Below are positions 38,050-46,892 of a stretch of DNA of 47,954 nucleotides, piece by piece. Numbering within the stretch: the first letter of the stretch is position 1; each line of letters begins with the position of its first letter. The translations under genes were made by a program, and so were the position numbers. The stretch is from positions 1 to 47,954 of the forward strand of contig JBCCMX010000001.1 in the NCBI GenBank assembly GCA_039026135.1, read 5' to 3'. The notes below the pieces were generated by a model. It made no database searches. It was not told the origin of the DNA and saw nothing but the letters and a program-made list of their open reading frames with translations. The DNA comes from Pseudomonadota bacterium. GTDB taxonomy: Bacteria > Pseudomonadota > Alphaproteobacteria > Caulobacterales > Hyphomonadaceae.

Positions 38050-38946
38050 GTGACGACAATCGACGTTTGCATTTGCACGTTTCGCCGCGCCAGTATTGCG
38101 CACGCCATAACGTCCATTGATGCCCAGGACACGCCGCCAGGCGTCAGCATCTCGATCATCGTGGCCGACAATGATGAGACCCCTTCTGCCAAAGACCTGA
38201 TCGACACTCTGGCATCCGACATCGACACACCGATCACCTATGTCCACGCCCCTGCCCGCAACATTTCAATCGCACGTAATGCGTGCCTCGACACGGCCAA
38301 AGGCGACTGGGTTGCATTTCTTGACGATGATGAGGTCGCCCCGCCCAACTGGCTTTCCGACCTGCTCGCTCGCGCCCAGCAGGGGCCTTTCAATGTCGTG
38401 TTTGGCACAGCCAGGGCCCAATATGACGCCGGGACGCCGGCCTGGATCATCGCGCAGGACTATCATTCAAATGTGCCCGAAACGCGCGGCGGGGTGGTTC
38501 AAACAGGCCACACCTGCAATGCGATGATCGAACGCGCCCACCCTCTCATTGTAAACGAACGGTTTCGCCTGGATAAGGGCCGCACAGGCGGTGAAGATAC
38601 CGAGTTCTTTTTCCGGCTTTGGCGCAAGGGTGCCAAGCTTGGGATCTCGGACAAGGCAACTGTCTATGAGCCGGTTGATCCCAAACGTCTGTCATTCAAA
38701 TGGATCATGACGCGCAAATATCGGTCGGGCATCAGCTACGGGCGCCACTCCGAAGCTCAGTATACGCTCCTGGCGCGGGCCAAACTGTTTAGTCTCGCCA
38801 TTGCAAAGATCGCCTATTGCGCTTTGGCGGCGCTCGTCACCTTGCCGATGCCTAGCCAGAGAAACTTCTGGATCTTGAGGGCCGGATTTCACGCCGGCGT
38901 CGCCTCGTCCACCTTTAACGCACGTGAGCAAGAGCTCTACGGCTAG
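38050..38946 (+). CDS. exoM: GT2 glycosyltransferase, ExoM-like
   Basis: IDVCICTFRR, VADND, NISIARNACLD, FLDDDE, GHTCN, GGEDTEFF. GTG 38050 follows CAGGAG. Confidence 0.85.
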   Translation: MTTIDVCICTFRRASIAHAITSIDAQDTPPGVSISIIVADNDETPSAKDLIDTLASDIDTPITYVHAPARNISIARNACLDTAKGDWVAFLDDDEVAPPNWLSDLLARAQQGPFNVVFGTARAQYDAGTPAWIIAQDYHSNVPETRGGVVQTGHTCNAMIERAHPLIVNERFRLDKGRTGGEDTEFFFRLWRKGAKLGISDKATVYEPVDPKRLSFKWIMTRKYRSGISYGRHSEAQYTLLARAKLFSLAIAKIAYCALAALVTLPMPSQRNFWILRAGFHAGVASSTFNAREQELYG

Positions 38947-38950
38947 GCTC

Positions 38951-40729
38951 TTATGGCGCTTTGGACTTGGCCGCCCGTTTGCGCGGCGCGCCGGCTTGCT
39001 TTGTCGATGATGCGGCCTTGCGCCCGGATGATTTTCTCGCGGTGGTTTTCGATTTTGACCCCGATTTCGGTGACCGGGTCGTCGCCGGCTTGGCCGTCTC
39101 GGCCGCCGCCTTGCGGGCGGGCGCTTTCTTGGGTGACGGTGCGGCAGCTTTCCGGCGCGATTTGGTGCGCGGCGCAGCAGGCACGGGCGCCTCAATAACG
39201 GCCGCTTCTGCAGTTTGCTCAGTCTGCTTCGGCTTCAGCGCTGATGTGCCCTTGGCACGCGTGCGATGATAGGTTTTCCGCGGCTGGCCCGGGACACCGT
39301 CAATGCCCAACTTCTTGTCGGTGGCCTCAGAGAGTTCCTGAACGGCGCGGCGCAGACAATCCATGAAATAAGGCGTGTCCGGCATGATCTGGCGCGTTGT
39401 TGTGATGCTGAATGAGATCTGGCCATTATAGCTTGGCGTGGCGATAAACAGACCAAGGCCGCTACCAATCGGTGCCATAGCCATGCTGCGGATCATTTCT
39501 GCGCCGCAGACATAAAGCGGGATGGGGGGGCCGGCGACGTTTGAGACCACGGCATTCGCCGCGAGATCGCCGCCAACTTCGGCCCTCACAAGCAAAGGCC
39601 CCAGAACAGAAATGGCAGGCGCTGGCACGTGCTGTATCGCCTCCATAGCCAGACGTGAGATGACGCCCGACTTTGAGGCCTTGGCCGCCTGCGAGGCACT
39701 GACAATGGCGTTCAGTCGATCAACGGGGTTCTTGATATTGGTGAAGATCGGCAGGACGATTGTCGAGATATTATTACCGTCTGAATCGCTCGCCTTGGCA
39801 TCCTTGGCTCGCAGGTTTACCGGCGCCGAGATTTTCAGCGGAATGTCAGGTAGCTCGTTTTTTGAACCGAGATACTCACGCAGCCCACCGGCCACAACGG
39901 CCAGGACAATGTCATTCACCTTGGCCTCGCCAAACGTCTTGGCGATCCGCTTGAATTCATTGAGATCAAACGTGACGCTATCAAACGCCCTGTTCGGTGA
40001 GATCTCACCATTAAAACGCGTCTTGACCGCCGGGGTGGACTTCTCAATTTGCCCCATCGCGCGCATGGCACTCTCGCGGGCCAGGGCTGGTGCATACTTC
40101 AATGCCGAGCGCGCAAATTTCACCGGAGACGAGGCATTGCTGGCAGCCGCCCGGCGCACCAGCTTTGCCGGCGAGGTTGATGTCTGTGTTTTGATCTTGT
40201 TCGGCGCAGGCGGAAATAGTGCAGGTCCAGTTGGGCCAAGATCAGCAATAGAGGACATGAACCGGAGCGCGGATGTGCCATCAAACGCAGCATGATGCAT
40301 CTTCATGACGATTGCGAAGGCACCTTCGGGGATGTCGTCAATATTGTTCAGCCCTTCGATGACATGAAATTCCCAGGGCGGGCGCGTCATATCCATGGGC
40401 TTTGAATGCAGCCGGGCGACCTGAATACAGAATTGGCGCCAGTCGGCCGGCTGTGGCAAGCGGCGGTGCGAGACGTGATTTTCGATCTCGAAGAATTTGT
40501 CTTCAACCCAATATGGAAAATCCATGTCGAGCGGCAGCCGCATCAGCTTCTGGCTGTAAATCGGTGAATCGTGCAACCGTTCTTCGGCCAGGTTCAGAAT
40601 ATCCTTAAACCGAACAATCCCGCCCGGCGCGGTGGATTGGTCGTAGATCGATATTCCGGTAATGTGCGAGGCGAGGTTCGCGTCCTCCATAAACAGGAAT
40701 TGTGCGTCCTGTGGTTTTAGCTGTTTCAT
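38951..40729 (-). CDS. Wax ester synthase / diacylglycerol acyltransferase (WS/DGAT) with Lys/Ala-rich tail
   Basis: DAQFLFME, RPPWE, catalytic HHAAFDG, KVND, SNVAGP. About 120-aa basic low-complexity C-terminus. Confidence 0.92.
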   Translation of the reverse strand: MKQLKPQDAQFLFMEDANLASHITGISIYDQSTAPGGIVRFKDILNLAEERLHDSPIYSQKLMRLPLDMDFPYWVEDKFFEIENHVSHRRLPQPADWRQFCIQVARLHSKPMDMTRPPWEFHVIEGLNNIDDIPEGAFAIVMKMHHAAFDGTSALRFMSSIADLGPTGPALFPPAPNKIKTQTSTSPAKLVRRAAASNASSPVKFARSALKYAPALARESAMRAMGQIEKSTPAVKTRFNGEISPNRAFDSVTFDLNEFKRIAKTFGEAKVNDIVLAVVAGGLREYLGSKNELPDIPLKISAPVNLRAKDAKASDSDGNNISTIVLPIFTNIKNPVDRLNAIVSASQAAKASKSGVISRLAMEAIQHVPAPAISVLGPLLVRAEVGGDLAANAVVSNVAGPPIPLYVCGAEMIRSMAMAPIGSGLGLFIATPSYNGQISFSITTTRQIMPDTPYFMDCLRRAVQELSEATDKKLGIDGVPGQPRKTYHRTRAKGTSALKPKQTEQTAEAAVIEAPVPAAPRTKSRRKAAAPSPKKAPARKAAAETAKPATTRSPKSGSKSKTTARKSSGRKAASSTKQAGAPRKRAAKSKAP

Positions 40730-40808
40730 TCTGGTCCGCCTTACACCCTAAACTCTGTCCTGTTTTAGCACAAAATTCTTTCGGCTTCTTGTCACAGAAC
40801 AGATAAAT

Positions 40809-43223
40809 TTAATTCTCTCCCACCACAGTAAGCACGCTGTCATCGTTTGAACCTGCGTCATATCCGACTTTGGCGTCGCGCCGCTGCTGCGATGCAATGT
40901 CGCCCACCAGACGCAAGCGACGCACCACATCATCAATCTCGCGTACAAAGCTCTTCCGCGCTGCTTTCATGTCGATGGCATTCTCCGGCACCAGCCCGCG
41001 ATTTTTCGCCAGCTGAAACCCGTTGGAGAACATCAGTTTGCCAATCGATTCCTCGCTGCTGATCCTGCGCTGCAGGAAAGACTGGCGGCCAAGCTTCAGG
41101 GCTTTGTTGACGACCGTCTTCTCATCGATCGGTCCGGCATCAAGCCCCAGCAGCACATCAGACACAACGCTGTAAGCCTCCGCGAAGGGTCGCAGAACCG
41201 CGTGTGAGACCAGCGGGGAAACCTCTTTCAACAGCGCCTCGGCGCCACCACTCGAAATAGTGCTTTTCCAGCCAATATCATGGCGATCCAACTCGGCGAC
41301 GATATCATTTTTGTACTGATCAAGCTCGGGATAGTAGAACTCGAACTTGAATGTGTCGCGCAAGGCGACGACCTCGCTCCAAAAGGCCTCCAGGGCACCA
41401 GCCGCCGAGACATCTTTGGCCTTGGCAAGCGCCAGCTCGATAATTGCCTGGTTGACGAAGAAGTGGATCGAGTTGTTGCGATAGTAACTCGCCTCAAAAT
41501 GCTTGCCGTGGGCGATGGAATAGACGGTGTCGGGCCCCTCATCATAGCGATCCAGCAAATCAATCTCGATCATCGACTCGACAATTTCCTGCACACGCTT
41601 GGGATCACTATTTTTCAACTCGTCCGTCATCGCATATTCACGATCCAGCGCCCAATCGCGTAGGCGCCAAACCTGATCGACCAGTTCCTCCGCGGTCAGC
41701 GCCTGGGGGGCAGCGCCGGTCAGGGCCAGACAGATCAGCGACGACGGCGTGATCGGCGTGACCGCATTGACATTGACCGAGGCTTCAAAGGCAAGCTTTT
41801 GCAACTCGATTGAAAGACTGGACTGGCCTTCCTCTCTGGCGGTGACAAAGCGCTCTGCCGTTGTGTCCACCACAACCGGATCGCCAAGCCCCAGCGAAAT
41901 GCGGCCAAGCGGCTTTCTGAGACTGCGCAAATAGCCGGTGAACCAGGCAAAGCTCTCTTTCCGCTTGGTCGCGCCTGTCTGCTCTTTGGCATAGTCGCCA
42001 AGCTCGGCAATCAGATCATAATAGATTGAGACTGGCACGATGGTGAGATCCTTCATCTCGCCCTTCTCGGCCGCCTCGACCACATATTTCAGAATACCAA
42101 ATCGCGGCGGCATCAATTTGCCATTGCGCGAGCGCGTTCCTTCAAGCGCCCAGGAAATCGGGAAGCGTTTCTCAAGCAGAAAAGCGAGATAATAGCGAAG
42201 GATGATCTTGTAGACCGCGCTGCTCATTGAGCGTCGAATAAAAATCGTACCCGACCGGCGCATCAACGAGCCGATCCCGAAAAAGGCCATATTATTGCCG
42301 CCGACCACATGAACGAGCGGGAAGTGCTCCTCTTGCGTGGTCAGCATCAGGGCAAACCCGTCCATATGTGTCTTGTGCGTCCAGACCAGCGCGACGGGCC
42401 GTGTCAGCGCGAGCTTTCGAATCTCGGACATCTTGTCCTTGTCGTAGACAAATTCCTGATCATAACCGAGCCGCGAAATGTTCCGCCCGACCACGCTTGT
42501 CAGGCTAACATAAGGCGCGCTGACCCGTGGGATCAGCTCCTTCATACACCCTCTGGCTTCGTCCTGTACCGTGGCGAGATCCTCGCCAGACTCCTTGGCA
42601 AGTTCAGCAAGCCGAGCCTGAAAATCAGGGCGCCCCCAGATCGCCCGGTGGACGTAGCGGGGATATTTGACGGTCTGGCCGGTGGCCACGCGCGAGTCTC
42701 TTTCCAGCGTAATACCGGCCTGAAGCGAAACATATTGAGCAAACGCGGCTGGATCATCCTCAGGCGTCAGGCCTTGGCTTGTTGCCATATGGTGGTATCT
42801 TGCAATCAGGGCTTTTTGCGTGCCGAACTCACCGATCACGATCGCACAGCGATCCGGGTGACGTTTCAGAACGCTCTGCTGACGAATATTGCTCTCCAGC
42901 ATGCGCATCCATGACATGGTCTGCAGCCAGCTCAGGCGCTCGTCGGACTTTGGCCGCCAAATCACCCCGATGGGAATAATATCGAGTGACGGGGTTTGGG
43001 CGAGCGCATCAAGCAGGCCCTCATGTTCAAAATGGTCGTGTGCCCGCGTGTCGCTGAACCAAGCAACATAGGGCTTGGCGGCGCCCTTCAGGTCGCCATT
43101 CACCTCATCGACGAATGACTGCAGCAGTTTCCGTTCGGTCTTGGTGTTGGCATACAGAAGAAAGACCCGCGCACGCTCACCGCGTTCAGGAAGAGACCCG
43201 ATAATATCAACGCCAGTATTCAT
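40809..43223 (-). CDS. plsB: Glycerol-3-phosphate 1-O-acyltransferase (PlsB-type)
   Basis: HKTHMD (HX4D), GTIFIRR, EGTRSRNGK, IVPVSIYYD. ATG 43223 avoids overlap with gpsA. Confidence 0.88.
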   Translation of the reverse strand: MNTGVDIIGSLPERGERARVFLLYANTKTERKLLQSFVDEVNGDLKGAAKPYVAWFSDTRAHDHFEHEGLLDALAQTPSLDIIPIGVIWRPKSDERLSWLQTMSWMRMLESNIRQQSVLKRHPDRCAIVIGEFGTQKALIARYHHMATSQGLTPEDDPAAFAQYVSLQAGITLERDSRVATGQTVKYPRYVHRAIWGRPDFQARLAELAKESGEDLATVQDEARGCMKELIPRVSAPYVSLTSVVGRNISRLGYDQEFVYDKDKMSEIRKLALTRPVALVWTHKTHMDGFALMLTTQEEHFPLVHVVGGNNMAFFGIGSLMRRSGTIFIRRSMSSAVYKIILRYYLAFLLEKRFPISWALEGTRSRNGKLMPPRFGILKYVVEAAEKGEMKDLTIVPVSIYYDLIAELGDYAKEQTGATKRKESFAWFTGYLRSLRKPLGRISLGLGDPVVVDTTAERFVTAREEGQSSLSIELQKLAFEASVNVNAVTPITPSSLICLALTGAAPQALTAEELVDQVWRLRDWALDREYAMTDELKNSDPKRVQEIVESMIEIDLLDRYDEGPDTVYSIAHGKHFEASYYRNNSIHFFVNQAIIELALAKAKDVSAAGALEAFWSEVVALRDTFKFEFYYPELDQYKNDIVAELDRHDIGWKSTISSGGAEALLKEVSPLVSHAVLRPFAEAYSVVSDVLLGLDAGPIDEKTVVNKALKLGRQSFLQRRISSEESIGKLMFSNGFQLAKNRGLVPENAIDMKAARKSFVREIDDVVRRLRLVGDIASQQRRDAKVGYDAGSNDDSVLTVVGEN

Positions 43224-43246
43224 TCTCTTCACTCCCGCGGCTCGCC

Positions 43247-44248
43247 TTATCCAGGGTCGGCTTCGGATCCTGCTTCCATTTTCAGCAAGCCGCGAAATGC
43301 CTCCTGCACCGTCGAGCCCCCATGACACACCTTATACACTTCTCGCGCGATTGGCATTTCAATATCGAGGTCGCCTGCAAACTCCATGACGATTTTGCTC
43401 GAATTTATACCTTCAGCGACCTGATTCATGTCCTTGATAATCTCGTCAATTGTCCGGCCTTTACCGATCTCTTCGCCAACATGATGGTTCCGGCTGAGAC
43501 TGGAGGTGCAGGTCGCCAGCAAGTCACCAAGACCGGCCAGCCCCGAAAACGTCATCGCCTGCCCGCCCATGGCCACACCAAGGTTGGTAATCTCAGCCAG
43601 CCCACGCGTAATCACGGCCGAGCGTGTATTGTCCCCGGCTCCAGCCCCGTCGCCCATGCCAGCCGCAATCGCGATGACATTCTTGAGCGCACCGCCAAGC
43701 TCGCAGCCAACCATGTCCGTATTGGTGTAGACGCGAAATCTGAGCGACTGGAAGACGGGGTGCAACTGGTGGAGAACTGATGCGTCTTCCATGGCGAGCA
43801 CACTGGCTGCCGCATAGCCCTGAACAATTTCCCGCGCGAGGTTCGGACCACTCAAAACACCTGGTGGGTGGCCCGGAAGCACGTCCTCGATAATCTGCGT
43901 CATACGCAGACCGCTCGACAGTTCAAACCCTTTCGCCAGGCTGATAACGGGCACCCAGGGCCGCAAATATTTCTTTGCCTCGATCAGCGTATCGCGCATC
44001 GCCTTGGACGGCACACCCATCACCAGAAGATCCGCCGACCTTACCGCCTCTTCCAAATCCGCCGTCGCGCGCAAGCGATGATGCAATTTTAGACCCGGCA
44101 GGTAGGTCGCGTTGGACCGGCTTGTATTGACTTGCTCTGCTGTTGCTGGCGATCTCGCCCACAAAATTGTCGGCGCGTTTGCACTGATAATGGAGGCCAC
44201 AGTTGTACCCCATGATCCAGCGCCCAATACAGCAACCTGTAGATCCAA
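43247..44248 (-). CDS. gpsA: NAD(P)H-dependent glycerol-3-phosphate dehydrogenase
   Basis: GAGSWG, SGPNLAREI, GGALKNVIAI, GLGDLLATC...SRN, AEG. TTG 44248 follows AGGGAGG. Confidence 0.93.
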   Translation of the reverse strand: MDLQVAVLGAGSWGTTVASIISANAPTILWARSPATAEQVNTSRSNATYLPGLKLHHRLRATADLEEAVRSADLLVMGVPSKAMRDTLIEAKKYLRPWVPVISLAKGFELSSGLRMTQIIEDVLPGHPPGVLSGPNLAREIVQGYAAASVLAMEDASVLHQLHPVFQSLRFRVYTNTDMVGCELGGALKNVIAIAAGMGDGAGAGDNTRSAVITRGLAEITNLGVAMGGQAMTFSGLAGLGDLLATCTSSLSRNHHVGEEIGKGRTIDEIIKDMNQVAEGINSSKIVMEFAGDLDIEMPIAREVYKVCHGGSTVQEAFRGLLKMEAGSEADPG

Positions 44249-44386
44249 ATCGGCCTCCCTTATTTCTTCAGCGTGCGTCTTATCGCGCCCGTCTGATCTC
44301 ACCCTAGGGCAGACTCGGAAACATGCAAATAGTCGTTTTTTGTCAACGACTAGCAGGCACGCGGGAAGCCGACGTTTACGTCAACG

Positions 44387-45835
44387 CTAGGCTGACTGAC
44401 TGTCGACCTGTCCAAGCGTATCGAGATACAGCTGGCGCACTTCGGCGATCTTCGTGTTGAGCGAGCGCAGACGCCAGGTCTTGGTCGGAATGGGGGGCAG
44501 AACCGTCACGCGGATCTTGGCCGGCCGGGCAATATTGTTACCGCTTGGCTGGGAGTCGGCTGCATTGTGAATCACAATCGGCACGATCGGACGCTTGGTC
44601 TGCAGGGCAAGATGAAACGCGCCCTTCTTGAACGGGCCAAGCGCGCGCCCGACGCTGCGGGTGCCTTCCGGCGCGAGACACAGAGACAGGCCTTTTTCAA
44701 TCATGGTCTCGCCGGCCTGGCGCATCGCCTCTATCGCCTTGGCCGGGGAGCTGCGGTCGAGAAAGACAACGTCTGAAAGCTGCATCGCCTGGCCGACAAT
44801 CGGGAAGTGTTTCAGCTCTTTCTTGCCAATGCCGGTAAAGTCGCGGCGCAGCAGTTTCGCGATGATCACCGTGTCGATTGAGCTTTGGTGGTTAAAGATG
44901 AAAATCGCCGGACGGTGCGACCAGATATGCTCCTCGCCTTCAATGTCATACTCAAGCCCCACTAGCGCCGAGGCTGCTTCGGCCCAGATCGTCGTGCTCA
45001 CGTTAAGCAAGGGCCGCTTTTTACGCGTCACCGCCCAGAGTGGGCTGCTAAGGGCAAACGAAGTTGGCATCATCGCGTAGACAGACCCGGCGCGCGCCAG
45101 ATCGAGCATCTTCACCTTTTCGCGGTCTCTGAAGTTACAGACCTTCCATGTCCGGGCACGGGCAATCTTGGCGAGCGCCTTGCTCGGATTAACGACACGC
45201 GGGCGGCCGACCACATCAAGAAGCGGCAGATCATCCTCACTATCGGTATAGAAAAAGCTCTGGTTCATATCGAGCCCGAAGTCTTCGCTGAAATCTTCGG
45301 CTGCCGTGCGCTTACCCTTGCCGAAACATGTCGGGCTCAGAACGCGGCCGGTCAGAACACCGTCTTCAATCTCGACATCGGTACACAGAATATACTCAAT
45401 CCCAAGTTCGCGTGCGGCCGCTTCGATCTGGAATTTGGTGGCCGATGACACGATGGCGATCGTGTGTCCCATCTCGCGGTGCGCCTCAAGCAGGGCGCGT
45501 GCCTCCGGATAGATCGCAGCCACCAGTTTCTCGCGGAAAATCTTTTCGCCAACCTCATCCAGATCGGCTTCCGTTTCGCCCGCCAGATGTTTTGTCGTTT
45601 CCGCCATAAAGCCCGAAAAATTCGTGCGACCGGCCGAATATTTCGCAATTGAGGCCAGTGTGCTGGCAATCGCCTTAGCCGGAAGACGACGCTCCCGAAG
45701 CTGTTCCTGCATGAAAGCCTTCGCAGAAAAACCAGAAATCAGCGTACGATCGAAATCAAAAAACGCTGCAATTTCAGGGCCTTCTCCTGAATCGTAGATA
45801 TCCTCGATCAGGTCTTCAATATTTGTTCTCGCCAT
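44387..45835 (-). CDS. plsC: HAD-IB phosphatase / 1-acylglycerol-3-phosphate acyltransferase fusion
   Basis: N-terminal FFDFDRTL, IVSSAT and YTDSEDD HAD motifs. C-terminal NHQSSID, PEGTRS and FKKGAF acyltransferase motifs. Confidence 0.88.
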   Translation of the reverse strand: MARTNIEDLIEDIYDSGEGPEIAAFFDFDRTLISGFSAKAFMQEQLRERRLPAKAIASTLASIAKYSAGRTNFSGFMAETTKHLAGETEADLDEVGEKIFREKLVAAIYPEARALLEAHREMGHTIAIVSSATKFQIEAAARELGIEYILCTDVEIEDGVLTGRVLSPTCFGKGKRTAAEDFSEDFGLDMNQSFFYTDSEDDLPLLDVVGRPRVVNPSKALAKIARARTWKVCNFRDREKVKMLDLARAGSVYAMMPTSFALSSPLWAVTRKKRPLLNVSTTIWAEAASALVGLEYDIEGEEHIWSHRPAIFIFNHQSSIDTVIIAKLLRRDFTGIGKKELKHFPIVGQAMQLSDVVFLDRSSPAKAIEAMRQAGETMIEKGLSLCLAPEGTRSVGRALGPFKKGAFHLALQTKRPIVPIVIHNAADSQPSGNNIARPAKIRVTVLPPIPTKTWRLRSLNTKIAEVRQLYLDTLGQVDSQSA

Positions 45836-45939
45836 TTTATTTACTCTGTTCAGCTCTTCGGCCATCACCATCAAAATAAATGATACACAATAAGTCCGAA
45901 TAATGCATAAAAATCAGGCAACTAATCTGGGAGTTTAAC

Positions 45940-46815
45940 GTGGCAGGTCATTTGACGTTTGAATTGGTCTCACAGGCGGACGGCACGAAACTCGCCGGCC
46001 GGTCCTGGTTACCGCCTGAACCGCCGCGCGCTATCGTTCAAATATCACACGGACTGGCAGAGCATTGTTTGCGCTATGATCGGTTCGCCGCATCGCTTCT
46101 GGCGGCCGGAATTGGAGCCTATGCACATGATCATCGCGGCCATGGTCACTCGCTGCTTGGCGAGGGGGACTATGGCAATGCGGGGCCAGAGGGCTGGCCG
46201 GCCCTCACCCGCGATCTCGTTCAGGTGACTGATCATATTCGCGCAGAGCACTCCGAAACGCCCCTCTTCGTTTTCGGGCACAGCATGGGCTCTTTCGCGG
46301 CGCAAAAGGCGCTTCTGGACCGCAGCGACGTGCTGGCCGGGGTCATTCTGTCAGGGTCCACCGATATTCCCACCGTTTTGGAACTGGTGGCAGCGACCGG
46401 TGAAGCCCCGTCCTTTGAGGCTTACAATGCCGCCTTTGAACCGGCCCGCACGGCCTTTGACTGGCTCAGCCGCGATGAAGCAGAAGTCGACGCCTATGTG
46501 AATGACGCCGCCTGCGGCTGGGACGCGCCGGATGACTTTCTCGGCTCGATGATGATGCATGCTGGCGAGGGCACTGCCCCAGAGAGCCTCGCAAAGGTGC
46601 GCGCCGACCTGCCCCTATTGTTCTTGGCGGGTGATGCCGATCCGCTCAACGGCGAGCTCAGCTTGCTGCACATTCTGATGGATCGCTATCGCCAGGCGGG
46701 CCTGAGCGACATTGACAGTCAGTTCTACAAACATGGCCGGCACGAAATGCTGAACGAAATCAATCGCGATGAGGTCACCGCTGCCCTCTTGGCCTGGATT
46801 TCGCAAAGACTCTGA
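45940..46815 (+). CDS. Alpha/beta hydrolase (monoacylglycerol lipase / lysophospholipase-like)
   Basis: HGLAEH, DHRGHG, nucleophile GHSMG, GDADP, RHEMLNE. Confidence 0.87.
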   Translation: MAGHLTFELVSQADGTKLAGRSWLPPEPPRAIVQISHGLAEHCLRYDRFAASLLAAGIGAYAHDHRGHGHSLLGEGDYGNAGPEGWPALTRDLVQVTDHIRAEHSETPLFVFGHSMGSFAAQKALLDRSDVLAGVILSGSTDIPTVLELVAATGEAPSFEAYNAAFEPARTAFDWLSRDEAEVDAYVNDAACGWDAPDDFLGSMMMHAGEGTAPESLAKVRADLPLLFLAGDADPLNGELSLLHILMDRYRQAGLSDIDSQFYKHGRHEMLNEINRDEVTAALLAWISQRL

Positions 46816-46892
46816 TCCTGACACTGAGCAATTGTTGAAGACCCATTGCCGGTCTGGTATTGCGCCGACAGCAGGGCGTTTGGGAGAGCTGG

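Noticed and set aside
39522-40295. 257-aa antisense ORF over WS/DGAT
   Set aside because: Ser/Ala/Arg-rich composition typical of an off-frame reading.
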